Assembly: GCA_964016885.1 (NCBI GenBank) | Contig: OZ024740.1 | Span: 417,136,001-417,200,000, forward strand | DNA from: Eledone cirrhosa | Taxonomy: Eukaryota | Direction of reading: 5' to 3' | DNA: 64,000 nt | Part shown: one piece after another, positions 31,491 through 45,330 of the stretch | How positions within the stretch are numbered: position 1 is the first letter of the stretch | How the letters are laid out: every line of letters starts with the position of its first letter | Program-made: the position numbers and the translations under genes | Notes under the pieces: generated by a model | What the model was told of the DNA's origin: nothing | Databases searched by the model: none | What the model saw: the letters and a program-made list of their open reading frames with translations, nothing else

Positions 31491-31559
31491 GAAATCTGAG
31501 TGATCACGTTTCTCAAACAATAACAAGTGGAAACTGAGTGACTAAACTAATATTGTTCA

Positions 31560-31931
31560 AACACACCTACAGGTACAGTGGTCAGTTAAACACCCACAGG
31601 TACCAGTGTATTAAACACCCACAGGTACCAGTGGTCAGTGTATTAAACACCCACAGGTACCAGTGGTCAGTGTATTAAACACCTACAGGTACCAGTGGTC
31701 AGTGTATTAAACACCTAGAGGTACCAGTGGTCAGTGTATTAAACACCCACAGGTACCAGTGGTCAGTGTATTAAACACCCACAGGTACCAGTGGTCAGTG
31801 TATTAAACACCCACAGGTACCAGTGGTCAGTGTATTAAACACCTACAGGTACCAGTGGTCAGTGTATTAAACACCCACAGGTACCAGTGGTCAGTGTCAT
31901 TTAAACACCTACAGGTACCAGTGGTCAGTGT
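31560..31931. repeat. 32-bp minisatellite, about 11 copies
   Basis: Unit attaaacacccacaggtaccagtggtcagtgt. Confidence 0.95.
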
Positions 31932-32315
31932 TTTTTTGTGTGTGAGGGGGCCCCCTAAGGTCTCAATCCAACTCTTGGAACAGCTCTGGTACTGTTTTGT
32001 AGTTTTGTAATCTTGAGGACTTGTATGTTAAAGGTGTCCCCTACTTGATCACGTCATTGAAAGTGATGTTGGCACTGACTTGCTAACACCACAGAACTAC
32101 CAGCCAGGGATGATGGCAACTACATCCTCAACTGTAACTCTTCTCTTTCTCTCTGCTATATATTGTTGGGTTAATTTATAGTCAACGATATCTCATACTA
32201 TTTGGGGCTTCAACGACACTTTAATCCTCAATATCAGCAGGTAAAGGGCAGGTAGTGACTGATGGCTGAATCCTTTGATAGGGGTGGATCTCAGTAGACT
32301 GGGTACCTGGCAGTT

Positions 32316-33215
32316 ATAATAATAATAATGGAAATTATTGCGTACAGTGCTCAGGTGCACTACAACTCATCAAAAGTGCATGTATAGTACATAGAATAAT
32401 GTACAAATGTCAGGAAAGTGAACAGTGTAGGAGTCATTATATACACACAGATACATGCATGTGTGTGTATGGAGGGGGAATATCAGGTGTAGTGTTGGCG
32501 AATTTTGGGAAGCATGGAATTTTGAAGGATGCAGTGTCCTGAAAGCTAACAACTGATGCAGGTAGTTTGTTCCATGCTTCAGCAAGTCTGAGCGTGAAAA
32601 AATGTTTCTGAAAGTTATGGGAGCTGTGCTGTTTTCTGATTTTGTAAGTATGTCCACAGGTGTTAGACACATTGAATTCAAAAAGGTGTTCAGGGTTGTT
32701 GTTGGAAAGACGGTTAATAATCTTGTGGGTGTTTACCACGTCAGTTGCCAGACGTCGGAGCTTCAATGTATCCATGCCCAGGGAAGCAAGGCATTCAGAG
32801 TATGGTAGATGCCTGATGGAAGGTATTTGTTTGGTTGCACATCTCTGAACAGTTTCCAGGAGGTCAATATTCTGAGCAAGATAAGTGTTCCAGACTGGTG
32901 ATGTAAATTCTAAGTGTGGACACGCCATAGCTATATAGAGCTTTAAATAGATAGATTGTTGAGTGATGTTAAGACACCCTTGGCATTCTTGACAATTTCA
33001 GAGATGTGCTTTGTCCAACACAAATTGCTGTAGACAATAATGCCAAGGTCACGTTCACAGGAAGACTTCTTGAGATTGGTGTTGTGAAGTATGTGAAAGC
33101 TGGGTTTTTCTTCCCAAAATGCATGGTGGTACACTTGTTCACAGCCAGTTTGAATTGCCAGTCTGTAATCCATTGCTGCATTGTGTCCAGGTCTGCAGCA
33201 AAATACATCTCTCAC
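32316..33215 (-). mobile_element. Degenerate 5'-truncated CR1 LINE
   Basis: ADLDTMQQWITDW...NKC; PHLEFTSPVWN...LETVQR...LKLRRL...FFTLR..AWNKLP; frameshifted; (TTA)n tail. Confidence 0.88.
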
Positions 33216-34321
33216 TGCCACAAGACTAAAATGGTAGAAAGACAGCTAGCACGGGTCAAATCACCTAAAACAATTCACATGAAAGCTTTTAAAAAAAAAA
33301 TTTGAAAAAAAAACAAAACAATCCTGAACATTTTTTTCCTTATTGCATTTATTTATTCATTATGTTTTTCTTCATTTTTTTTCTTTTTTACAAACATTTC
33401 AATAATTTTATTCTTGGGCTGCTTTTGGTTTTTTATGTACAAAAAAAAAAAAGATTTAGTTGGAACAAACAATAAAATGAATAACATTGCATAAAACGGA
33501 CAATTTCCACGTTAGTGTAATGATCACCATGTTCATATATACATACATGCACACATGCATACACACACACATACATACACCACATGCACAAAAACTGCTC
33601 ACAAATAATTAAACATAAAACGGACATATCTGTGATGCATGTCACGTGCACACTTATGCACATGCATACAAATGGTATGTTTTGTTTCGTTTTTTATAAA
33701 ATCTGTTTTTTGCATGTTTTCTTTTTGGAAAAAGAAATTCATAAATTAATCTTTTTATTGTTTTACTTTTTAAATTAAATTAAGTGGCATTGTTTTTTGG
33801 GTTTTTTTAAACACACATATATCTAGATCATTGATAAATAGTTGCTATGGAAACTTCCTCATCATTACAGTCATATTTTTAAGTAACATTATCATCAGCA
33901 GCAATAGAAGAGACATTATCAGCAATATAATTCACTATTATCATTATTAAAACTATCATTGTGGACAAATTATTTATCTTCTCCCTTCTCACATTGAGAT
34001 TGTTGCCATCTGTGTAATCAAGAGAAATGATACATTTACATGAGAGACAAGAGAAGGGGGACATACACATATCAGATGAGGGAGATAAGGAAAGCAAGCA
34101 AGAGGGAGAAGTTGGCATTAATGTTGTAAGCATGATGAAGGATTATCTCCCCAGAATTAAGGGACTCTTTGGCAATGAAGTTCATAAATATAATCACTGT
34201 ATTTGGATAAATCACTCTTGTATCTCTTTCTCTCACTCACTCACAAACATCATCATCATCATCATTTTAGTCATTTGTTTACAACTTCAGAAGTAATGTA
34301 ACAGAAAAAAGACAGAAAATA

Positions 34322-34533
34322 CAGGGTGAGCATAAAGTCTTTCCTTTTCTGTTTCCTGGATACCATTTTATTACTGAAAATTACAACTAATTCCTGTAGA
34401 AGAGAAAAACATTGTTCAGGAAAATTTTTAAATTAAAATAATGAAAAAGTAAAATCTCAAATAGTATCCGAGATATGGTATTTTATAATGAGGGAAATAC
34501 TTTATACTCATCCAAGACTTTTTGCTTACCCTG
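34322..34533. mobile_element. Tc1/mariner-type MITE
   Basis: TA|cagggtgagcataaagtctt ... aagactttttgcttaccctg|TA. Confidence 0.8.
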
Positions 34534-34850
34534 TAGATAGAGATTTCTCTTGTTATTTCCAGTAACTACCTCCAGCTCAGATATCACACACATTACCATT
34601 ACAATTACCTAAATTGTGATACTACTACAGTAACAAACAACCATATATGAACCAATCAGACAGTCACTATGTGGTCAATTGATCTGCTAGAATTAGCAGT
34701 CAAATCCCTCTAAACAGCATATCTTACTGTTTTAAATATGAAAAGGTATACATCAGAGAAAGTAGTCTTTAAATACACATAAAAAACACGCGATGGTCAT
34801 GGCTGGAATGCCTTTCATCATAGGTTTCTTCCATTGGGGATGATCTACAA

Positions 34851-35681
34851 CAGTCAGTGGTAAACTGTGGCCCACGAGCCGCATGCAACCCATTTGGCTT
34901 TCTCTATGGCACGCTTAATTTCAAAATTGTCTTGTGATGAGCCACATCCTATGTGGTCCATACTATGAGCCACATCCTATGTGGTCCATACTATGAGCCA
35001 CATCCTATATGGTCCATACTATGAGCCACATCCTATGTGGTCCATACTATGATGAGCCACATCCTATGAGGCCCACCTTATGATGAGCCACATCCTATGT
35101 GGTCCACCTTATGATGAGCCACATCCTATGTGGCCCACCTTATGATGAGCCACATCCTATGTGGTCCATACTATGATGAGCCACATCCTATGTGGTCCAT
35201 ACTATGAGCCACATCCTATGAGGCCCACCTTATGATCAGCCACATCCTATGTGGCCCACCTTATGATGAGCCACATCCTATGAGGCCCACCTTATGATGA
35301 GCCACATCCTATGTGGCCCACCTTATGCTGAACCACATCCTATGTGGCCCATACTATGATGAGCCACATCCTATGAGGCCCACCGTATGATGAGCCACAT
35401 CCTATGTGGCCCACCTTATGCTGAACCACATCCTATGTGGCCCATACTATGATGAGCCACATCCTATGAGGCCCACCGTATGATGAGCCACATCCTATGT
35501 GGTCCTCCTTATGCTGAACCACATCCTATGTGGTCCATACTATGATGAGCCACATCCTATGAGGCCCACCGTATGATGAGCCACATCCTATGTGGTCCTC
35601 CTTATGCTGAACCACATCCTATGTGGCCCATACTATGATGAGCCACATCCTATGAGGCTCACAAAAGGTTGCCCATGCCTG
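34851..35681. mobile_element. hAT (Charlie-like) MITE containing a minisatellite
   Basis: Perfect 8-bp TSD atctacaa (34843-34850, 35682-35689); ends cagtcagtggtaaac / ggttgcccatgcctg. Confidence 0.82.
34937..35660. repeat. About 28-31-bp minisatellite (atgagccacatcctatgtgg...)
   Basis: About 24 tandem units inside the MITE. Confidence 0.95.
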
Positions 35682-35897
35682 ATCTACAACTAAACAACGA
35701 TAACAACCACAAAACATTACTATCATAATCACTAATTAATTAACATTATCAAAGGTATGAATATATAAAGTAATGCATGATAAGTTTTTCATTAATTTTT
35801 ACCTTACATTATATTTAAACATTAAAATATCCTCTAACCAATTTGTAGACCTATACCCCATTGTGCAATCTCTCTCAAATCATACTACACTCTTTAA

Positions 35898-36121
35898 CTC
35901 TTTCATGACTGCATTTCTAATGAAATACACTTTATTTTAATTAATGAAGAATTTCAAGAGATTTACTAAAAATATTATTTCATTACTAAAATAGTAACTT
36001 AATGCAAGGTTCTTATATAAAATTATGCTGGAAGATTTTTATTTAAATTGGAAACCTTTAAAATGGGTGACTTTATTTCATGGAATGAGAGCCAGTTTTA
36101 GCCAGGCTGGTAACTAAAGGG
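35898..36121. mobile_element. piggyBac-type MITE
   Basis: TTAA|ctctttcatgac ... taactaaaggg|TTAA; homologous to 37629-37859. Confidence 0.75.
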
Positions 36122-36371
36122 TTAAAAAAAGTGATGAATGTCTTTTATTATAAATCCAATTGGTCAGGATGTAGAAATGGCAGAGTAGTTAGAAAGTTCA
36201 CTTTGCAATCTTGAGGCCTCAAGTTTAATCTGACTGCTTGGAATTTTAAACAAACGTCTTTTACCAAAGTCCCAGATTGACCCACATTGGGAAACAGTAG
36301 AAGCCTAGTGAATGAACTGCACCTTTAATTGAGAACACAGTTCTTGTGTCACACTGATTCTGTCTCAAACC

Positions 36372-36634
36372 CTAAGGCTCATCAGGCTGGTGTTTGTCCT
36401 GTTTCCTGAGGCAACTGAGAGTACAAAACTCCCCCCCAGGACAGGATGCCAGTCCATCACAGGAATAAACCCCCCAGCTATTGCTGGTAATCATTTTCAG
36501 CTGAGTATACAGGAGCAACGTGAAATTAAACGTTTTGTTCAAGAACACAACACTCAACCCAGTCCAGGAATTGAACCCATGACATTATGATCACAAGTCC
36601 AACACCCTTACCACTAGGTCATGCACCTACCTCC
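36372..36634 (-). mobile_element. SINE family B-related, tail type 3
   Basis: Same head and core, followed by tgtgatggactggcatcctgtcctgggg...cctgatgagcc. Confidence 0.72.
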
Positions 36635-36919
36635 TCTGATTTTGCATGAGGATTATACTAATGTCCCACATTTGTAAAATATTCAACCACTTATACTACC
36701 TATAGTTCAATTGATTGAACTGGAATACATAAAATTGAAACTGGTGTTGACTTATTTACTTGAATAGGATTGACCTGGGGCTAAACAACAACAATGAAAT
36801 TGGTTTACAAGATTCAAGTTAGGAAAACTAATCTGTGATCTAATAATTTCTGAAAATAAGTTGAACTGTTGATTGACATACATTTTATAAAATGTATACG
36901 ACAAATATGTATATGTATC

Positions 36920-37230
36920 TTCTCCCACTAATTCCTGGGAGAGTCGTAGAGGTAGAGTCCACAAACACTCCTTCCAGGGAGTCCTGTCAGAAACAACCAT
37001 CTCCAACTGATTCGGCTGGATCCCCAAGTGAGATCAGCTGGGGTTCATGGATGTTATCCAACCATCTTACTTAGGGTCTACCCTTGGGTAGACCCTGGCT
37101 TTGACCATAAAATCTATCCAGTGATTCTTTCCCAAGACATTCTAACCACACACCCATAGTATCGGAGCTGTGATCTCTCAATTCAGAGAAGTAGCAGCTC
37201 TACCAGGAGTGACTCTCTCATCTCCGAGCT
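36920..37230 (-). pseudogene. Old RTE-type relic (same family as 11520-11730)
   Basis: GIQPNQLEMVVSDRTPWKECLWTLPLR matches the 11.6-kb relic. Confidence 0.65.
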
Positions 37231-37628
37231 ATATATTTATTTTAAAAAAAGAAATTTTCATAAAGAAATGTATGACCATAAATCATTGTTTGTAAGATGG
37301 AACTAAAAGAGGAGATTTTTAGTTAAAAGGTTACCCCAGGAAAGTTGTTGGCACTGACAACTATGTAGAATGAATCAAGAGAAATCAACAATGTTATTAT
37401 AAGTCTAGTAGAAAGTAACACTAGAGAGAGATCAGATACTTGAATTGACTAGTTTACTAGATAAGTAGATCACAATTTCACCAGTTGGATAGAAAATAGA
37501 CTAACAATTTGACAAAAAGATGAGGTCTTTTATAAAGTAGCTACTTGGTTGTTAGAGACAAAGAAGAAATAATCACAAGATATAAAATAAAAGCACTTTT
37601 AGAAAGAAAAAGCCTGAAACTACCTTAA

Positions 37629-37859
37629 CCCTTTCATGACCACATTTCTAATGAAATACAGTCTATTTCAATTAATTAAGGAAGAATTTTGAGAGATATA
37701 CTAAAATCATTAACAATTTCATAAATAAAATAGTAACTTAATGTAAGGTTCTTGTATAAAATTATGTTGGAATATTTTAATTTAAATGGGAAAGATTTAA
37801 TATGGTAACTTTATTTGATAGAATCAGAGCCAGTTTTGGCTGGGTTGGTAACTAAAGGG
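37629..37859. mobile_element. piggyBac-type MITE
   Basis: TTAA|ccctttcatgac ... taactaaaggg|TTAA. Confidence 0.82.
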
Positions 37860-38205
37860 TTAAATGGTAAGGCTCAATCTTCCCTGTGGAGGGAACACAT
37901 GACAGTAAAAATCAAATCTAATTTGAAGTTGACAATATAAGAAAGGTGGAACCATGAAAGTAAAATTTAAAAAAAGCCGGAAATAGGAAAGTGACATGAG
38001 AAAAATATTAGAAAATTAGAATAAAAACCAAAGAGAAATCATTAACACATTGATTAATGAAGTTATAAATATTTCTCATATTTATGTGTGTGGTGTGTGT
38101 GTGTCATCATCATCATCATTTAAAGTTTGTTTTCTCTGCTTGTGTGTATCTGTGTGTATACATATATATATATGTGTGTGTATATATATATACAAAGATA
38201 GAGTG

Positions 38206-38245
<40 letters not shown>

Positions 38246-38678
38246 TAAATAGAAAGGTGTGTATATAAACATATATAATATGTTTATATACAATAAACTT
38301 ATGGGTAGCTTCGCTGCCAAAGAAAAATATTTTTGCATAAGGAAACGAAAATGATTAGATTTTTCTCTATTTATTTTCCTTTGTGAATATATTGCAGAGT
38401 TGCCAGTATATCCTGAGAATGTCAGACAGTGCTGTTTCAAGATTTGTTAATCTTTCATCAGTGACACACTAAAAATGTACTGACATGAAATAGACTATAG
38501 TATATATATTATGTTTTCAAACAAACCTCTATTATGCTTAAATGCTGTCTTAGTGCTACCATTATTATATATATATATAATTAATGTGTCAACATGAATG
38601 GACCTGTTATTTTTATCTAAAGACATTTTTCCAATTCCAACCTGCCCGTCCCCTCAATCTATTTTATTTCTCATTCTT

Positions 38679-38714
38679 TCTTCTGATGAAGGATTAGCGT
38701 CCAAAACGTTAAGA
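38679..38714 (+). ncRNA. Minimal hammerhead-like motif with mutated GAAA (family T)
   Basis: tctt-CTGATGA-aggattagcgtcc-AAAA-cgtt-aaga; homologous to 43344-43379. Confidence 0.45.
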
Positions 38715-38979
38715 CCCTCTTCCTGCTGTATCAAGTGTTAAACTAATATATCCCTTCCATGTACTGTACCGATTGTGTTGTTTTTTCTATTTACTTTTAC
38801 ACATATATATATATGTAAACATGGTGTTAGGAAGGGCATCCAGCTATAAAAAAACCCTGTCACATTTACAGTTCCGTCAGAGCAAAGTACAGCATCTCCA
38901 GACTTGTTTCTCAACACGGACGACCTGTCTGACCCATGCAGCATGGAAAAATGGAAGTAAAACTGATGATAAAGATAGT

Positions 38980-41900
38980 ATCATCATCACCGTTTAATGC
39001 CTATCTTCCACGCTAGCATGGGTTTAGACGGGAATTATCCCACTTGAGGCAAGATTGGTTGTCTTGCTCGTATAGGACTGTCTGGCAGGTTTTCTATGGC
39101 TGGATGCCCTTCCTAACACCAACCACGTTTACAGTGTGGACTGGGAGGTTTTTACCGTGTTTCCTACAAGGCCACATTACAGCGTGGACTGTGTGTTTTT
39201 TTTTTGTCGTGACACCTACACAACCTCATTTATTTAGGACTGGATGTTGTGGTACCAACATAACTTTAGTGAAAGGGGTGGTGTAGAGGTAGTGGGATGG
39301 GGGTGTATTTTTGGTTAAGAGGTGCCTACTGACTGTAGGTTTCGCTTTGTACTTAGGCAAGGCGGGTCTTCTGTATTATTGCATAGCGCCAAAGATCTCG
39401 GTCCAGTGACATTGTCTTGGAGAGGTGTAAGTGTGTAAGGTCGGAATTTATCAAATCGTCCCAGGTTTTTCGGGGTCTGCCTACACCATAGCTACCATCT
39501 ATTTTGATCACCCTGCACTTTTTTATACAGCTGTCATCTTTCATGTGCATCACGTGACCATACCAACGTAGTCTTCTCTCAAGTAAACAGCATCTGATCC
39601 CTCTTATTCCTAATTTCTCACTTAGTTCATGCTTTGCCGTTCACGTATATTACTATTACACATCCAACGGAGCAGGCAAGCTTCGTTCCTCTGCACTCAA
39701 TGCCCATGTCTCACTGCAATGTAACATTGCTGTTCGTATACAGGCATCATACAGTCTGCCTTTCATTTTTAGAGAGAAACCTTTAGCAGCCAATAGTGGT
39801 ATAAGCTCTCTGAACTTTTTCCATCCCGTTCTAACTCTAGCTACTGTAATTTCAGAGCACCCTCCACCACTGCTGATTTTGTCACCCAGGTAACGGAAGG
39901 TGTCCACTATTTCTATAGAATCATCTGGGCAATGGAAGGAGCTAGTATCCTGTGGGCACTAGCTACTACTTATTGCACCTGAGCACCGGCCACATATAAA
40001 ATCTATGTTCTTGATTAGCTTACCTGTGATCTGACTACATCTTTTATGCACCCATACTTTGCATTTGGGACATAAAATGGAGTTTCTGCCTACTCCTTTC
40101 CTACACACTGAGCATGGCCATTTCCCAGTGCCCTATTTTCCTTCCTGCATACTAGAACTTTAGTCTTAGACAAGTTAATTTTAAGGCCTTTTGATTCTAG
40201 GCCATGCTTCCATGTTTGGAATTTCTTCTCTAGTTCAGCCATTGATTCAGCTGTGAGCGTTAGATCATCTGCGTATAGAAGTTCCCATGAGCAGCCGGTC
40301 TTGAACTCCTCTGTTATAGCCTGAAGAGCAATAATAAATAAGAGGGGGCTAAGGACAGAGCCCTGATGAACACCAAATTTTACGCTAAACTCTTCACTAT
40401 ATTCGTTGTTAATTCTTACCTTGCTGACTGTTTCTTTATACATGGCTTGTATAGCTCTCACAAGCCATTCATCTACACCTAGTTTTCTAAGAGCCCACCA
40501 GATAATGGAGCGGGGGACTCTGTCAAAGGCTTTTTCCAAGTCAACAAAAGCTATGTATAGGGGTTTACTTTTAGCTAGGTACTTCTCCTGTAGTTGTCAT
40601 ACAATGAAAAGAGCGTCTGTGGTACTTTTACCTGACACAAACCCAAACTGCATTTCATCTAGGTCAATTCTCTCTCTGATTAATTGCGCTATAACTTTTG
40701 CTGTGACCTTCATGACCTGGTCAATTAATTTAATGCCTCTATAGTTTCCCCTATCTAGGGCATCTCCTTTACCTTTGTAGCAGTTAATGATACTGCTGCT
40801 ACACCAGTCCTTTGGTATGACCCCATTCTGTATGACTTGGTTTACTATCCGGGTGACCATAGTGTGTCCCACAGTTCCAGATGCTTTCAGCATTTCAGTA
40901 ACTATTTCCGAAGGCCCAGCTGCTTTGCCTGTCTTCATATCTTTGATTGCCTTACTTATTATACTACCTTCAACTTGCACTGCTGGTCCCTCTATTGGAT
41001 CGTTGTGGGGCAGACTGTCTTTGTCCCATTTATTCTCCTCATTTAGTAGCCTTTCGTAGTGACACTTCCAAGCTACCTTCTTATCAGTATCAGTGAGGGG
41101 AAGTACACCATCATCATTAAGTACACACTTCTCCCCGACAATATCATGGTTTTCCTTGACACATTGCCTAGCAATCCTGAACACCTCATGTTTTTGGTCC
41201 TAACGTTGTAGAACATACTTGAACTTTCTTTCCTCTGCTTCCCTTCTTGCGAAGTACACTTGTCTCCTAGCTTCCCTCCTGGCCACTTGATAGTCTTCTC
41301 TACTTCCCTCCTCCACCTTACTGTTCCACCACCAAGTTACTCTCCTCCTGCCTATAGGTCTGCTCCAGCCACAGATTTCATCTGTCGCCTTCAGGAATTC
41401 CCACTGTTCCTCTATATTGTACGACTCTAATTGCTCTTCCTTACTGTCGAAAGCATCAAGTAATATGCTTTTAAGTTTATTACTGACTGTGGGGTCCTTT
41501 AACTTCCATATTCTTCTCCTTAGGGTAATCCTCCTCTGTTGTCGAGTACGTCTCGTCCTGACTGAGGTCACTAACTATGAGGCTATGTTGGGGCTGCATT
41601 CTTCATGGGGGGGGGGGGGATTTAGTGTTTACAACAGACACTCTGTCACATCTTCTGGTAAAGATATAATCTATCTGACTGGCATGTTCCCCTGATCTAT
41701 AGGTGATCAAGTGATTGTCTCATTTTTTGAAGTTTGTGTTACGGATACTTAGGTTATTTGCGTCACAGAATTCCAGGATTCTGGAGCCTTCTCATTTCTA
41801 GTACCAAACCCATAGTTACTGTCAGTTATTTGGGAGGTACTGAGCATTAGCGACTCATAGAATCTCTCTTTTATAATGCCAGGCAGTCCGGATTGGGGTG

Positions 41901-42440
41901 CATACGCGGATATTATTGTCACAGTAGTTCTATTTAGGACAAGTCTTATTTTAATTATTCTGTCGTTCACTCTATTTACGTCTATTATCTTATCTACCCA
42001 TTTTTCTGCTAGCATGATTCCTACTCCACCCAGCCCATTGTCATTTCCCACCCAGAAAAGTTTATTGCATCGTTTTTTACCCACAATGAATCTAGCAGAC
42101 CCACCCCTCCACCTGGTCTCTTGAATACAGCAAACATCAACTTCCTTATGTTCAAGCATCTCTACAACCTCATAGAGTGACCTTTTAAGGTGCCTACATT
42201 CATGGTACCAACTCTGAAGTTTTGGATTGCGTTTGGTGGGTGGGAAGGATGAGGCACAGAGAGGGGTGAGGGAGATGGGGTTATGTTAGCCATCCGCGGC
42301 CAAAATAAAAAGGAGTCCTTGCATTCTCGTCCGGCAATATAAAGTGAATCTGTCTTTATTTTTGGCATTGTCATTGAGTGTCCAGATTTTTCAGACTCTC
42401 CAGAATTCCATAGTCCATCTAGCATATCGAAAACCAACCA
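38980..42440 (-). mobile_element. RTE LINE copy 2, near full-length but degenerate
   Basis: Collinear with copy 1, many frameshifts and deletions; extends further 5' (MTMPKIKTDSLYIAGRECKDS). Confidence 0.93.
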
Positions 42441-42494
42441 GGTCTAAACTTAAGAAGTGATATTATAAGCCGCTGAATTACGATTGGACCAAAT

Positions 42495-42658
42495 AATAAT
42501 TGTTTCTACTTTTGGCACAAGGCCAGCAATTACCAAGTGCATTACTGGTACTTTATTTTATTGACCCCGTAAGGATGAAAGGCAAAGTTAACCTCGGCGG
42601 GATTTGAACTCAGAATGGCAAGGGCCGTAACTCTATACGTCAAAGCATGGCGTCCGAA
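42495..42658 (-). mobile_element. SINE family A
   Basis: Same core and (TTA)-like tail as the other copies. Confidence 0.85.
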
Positions 42659-42860
42659 ATGGTGGCAACTGGGGTCTGGGGGAGTTAGCGAGGTTATTTT
42701 ATACTAATATAATCCTAGAATTTCAGCCATAATTAAATGAGCATATAACAGTAATAAGAGTAAGAGTTTAAATACAAGTAGAAGATCGTTTTCGGGGGTC
42801 TAACAGAATTATGGGATTTTAAAATACAAGATTGTTTTGAACAATCAGACAGAATTATCA

Positions 42861-43102
42861 AATAGCATTGAAAAGAAAAGATTGGATTCTGGACGATATA
42901 ATACAGATAGATGGATGGACCAGGGAACATGGAGAGACGAGAAAAAAAATAGGATGACTACATTACATTTCACAAAAGAGCGAATAGCATTGAAAAGAAA
43001 AGATTGGATTCTGGACGATATAATAGATAGATGGATGGACCAGGGAACATGGAGAGACGAGAAAAAAATAGGATGAGTACATTACATTTCACAAAAGAGC
43101 GA
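42861..43102. repeat. About 120-bp tandem duplication
   Basis: aatagcattgaaaagaaaagattgg...cacaaaagagcg occurs twice. Confidence 0.9.
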
Positions 43103-43343
43103 GCGATGTAGCCAAGAATAAGGGATCGACAAATTCTGAGTTTCGTAGCTCACAAGTTTATTTTATATTTGGAGAGGGAGTTGGGGTGAGAGAGAACCTG
43201 CACGCGTATATACAATATATAGGGGGGAGGGGGTATCTCTTCAAAATGGCTGATTGAATAAGCACAGGTGTTTTTTCTCAATTTGTTTTCCGTTCCTTCC
43301 TCTTTTCACTATCTTTCTATTTCATCTTTTATTTCTCAACTTA

Positions 43344-43379
43344 TCTTCTGATGAAGGACTAATGTCTGAAATGTTAAGA
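43344..43379 (+). ncRNA. Minimal type I hammerhead (family T, Penelope-like)
   Basis: tctt-CTGATGA-a-ggac-taat-gtct-GAAA-tgtt-aaga; downstream sequence shared with 38715-38810. Confidence 0.6.
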
Positions 43380-43679
43380 CTCTTTTCCTATTATTTCAAG
43401 CATTAAACTAATATACTTCTTCATTGTACTGTGTTGTTTGCTTTGTTATTTCTGTTTACTTTTTACACACACATATATATATATACTTATTTAAGGTATC
43501 ACAACATATATAATATGTATGATGCTTGTGTTTCTCAGTAGAAAAGCTCAATGGACATTTGCCCAGAGCATCAATAATTCAAATTAAAAGATATATATAG
43601 AGAGCCATATATCATTTGAGAAATACATAGTATTTTGTACGTATATATAAAGCACATAATATTTAGGAAGAATACATAC

Positions 43680-43724
<45 letters not shown>

Positions 43725-43782
43725 TCATCATCATCATCATCGTTTAACGTCCATCTTCCACGCTTGCATATATATATATATA

Positions 43783-43824
<42 letters not shown>

Positions 43825-43825
<1 letters not shown>

Positions 43826-44166
43826 GTGGAGGCACATGGCTTAGTGGTTAGAGCATTGGCCATGCAATCGAAAGGTTGTGAGTTCAATTCTCAGACCGGG
43901 TGATGTGTTGTTTCCTTGAGCAAGACACTTTATTTCACGTTGCTCCAGTTTACTCAGCTGTAGAAATGAGATGATAGGGACTGGGATCCCTATCATTCCA
44001 CTGTAAAGTGGTTGTGGCGGTGCCACGGCAAAAAAGTACCCACCACTCACTGTAAATGAGGTTGGTGTTATAAGGGCATCCAGCTGTAGAAATCAAGCCA
44101 GAATCAGTTCCCGTCCCACCCTTGCAAGCAGGGAAAAGCGGACGTAAAATGAAATGATGATGATGA
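43825..44166 (+). mobile_element. SINE family B, tail type 2 (RTE 3' end)
   Basis: A/B boxes and core, then cactgtaaatgaggttggtgtt...gggcatccagctgtagaaa...ggacgtaaaa...(gat)n, as in the RTE 3' UTR. Confidence 0.88.
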
Positions 44167-44355
44167 ATGATATATATATATTTATGTAATAAACAACATA
44201 AGACAATTATTCCATTTACCAAAGGTTTCACGAAGACAGACGTGCTCAACAGAGACGTCTGAAATCCCTCATCAGTTGTTTATTACATAATTAAATGGCT
44301 CTGTAGCATACATAGAGCACTCTCCTTTCCTTTACCCTTCCTACGGAAATACTTC

Positions 44356-44392
<37 letters not shown>

Positions 44393-44789
44393 TATATAGA
44401 CACATATAACATTATTGCACTGGGGCTGTCACATCATTGATTACCATAATTAAATCATCATTAACATATTAAAATGAATAAATTAGCATACATTAATTTA
44501 TATTTTGTTGTTTTCGTTGTGGTCTTCTAGTCCCAGGTCAGCGCTAATCAACAAGAACTATGAGCACAACCATTTCAGCTAAAGATGGGAATCCAGAATT
44601 ATATGATCCAATGTGTGTATTTGAGGGATAGTTGGCTGTTATTTCTAGGAGGTTGAACGACTATGTATAGGGTAGATTTAGAAGGCAGACAGTGACACCA
44701 GCAATGTCATAATATTGCAGCAGAAAGAAAGCTACTAGTTTATCTTGTATGGCCTACCTACAGTTAAAGAAATGTCTAGAGAACAATAG

Positions 44790-44955
44790 CCAGCAATTTC
44801 AGGAGAGGGGGAAAGTTGACTAACTGCCATGCATTACTGGTACTTTATCAACCCTGTAAGGATATCAAAGGCAAAGCTAACGTTGGGATTTGAACTCAGA
44901 ATGTAAAGGGACGTAACTATATGCCACAAAGCATGTTGTCCGACGCTTTACCGAT
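44790..44955 (-). mobile_element. SINE family A, diverged
   Basis: ctggtactttatc...gatttgaactcagaatg. Confidence 0.7.
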
Positions 44956-45330
44956 ATGGGCTGTCCTCATAATGGCTTACAAGTCTGCCTCAAGCAGTTG
45001 TTTTTAGTCAGTCACTGACCTTCTAGATGGGCTACTTTCATTTACAGCTATGGGGGACCACACCTGCCCTGTCCTGTTATTTCTAATCAGAATCTCTCCC
45101 ACCCAAGGTGATCTCATTTTAAATAATTTCAACAGCAGTTTTTGTTCTCTTTGATAGTGAAATAACAGTAAACAAACAACAACATCAACAGTAACAGCAA
45201 CAAAACAGCTGATTCAACGAAGGAGCGTCTAAGTGGTCACACAACCTGCTAGAAATATCAACCAGATTCTTTCAAATTACATCCTACTATTTTAAAACAG
45301 AAAACAAACATTAAACAACATAGTCATACA

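Noticed and set aside
30947-31537. Poly-Val and poly-Leu ORFs
   Set aside because: Alternative frames of a triplet repeat.
33879-34296. Short ORFs in unique sequence
   Set aside because: No recognisable motif or convincing splice sites.
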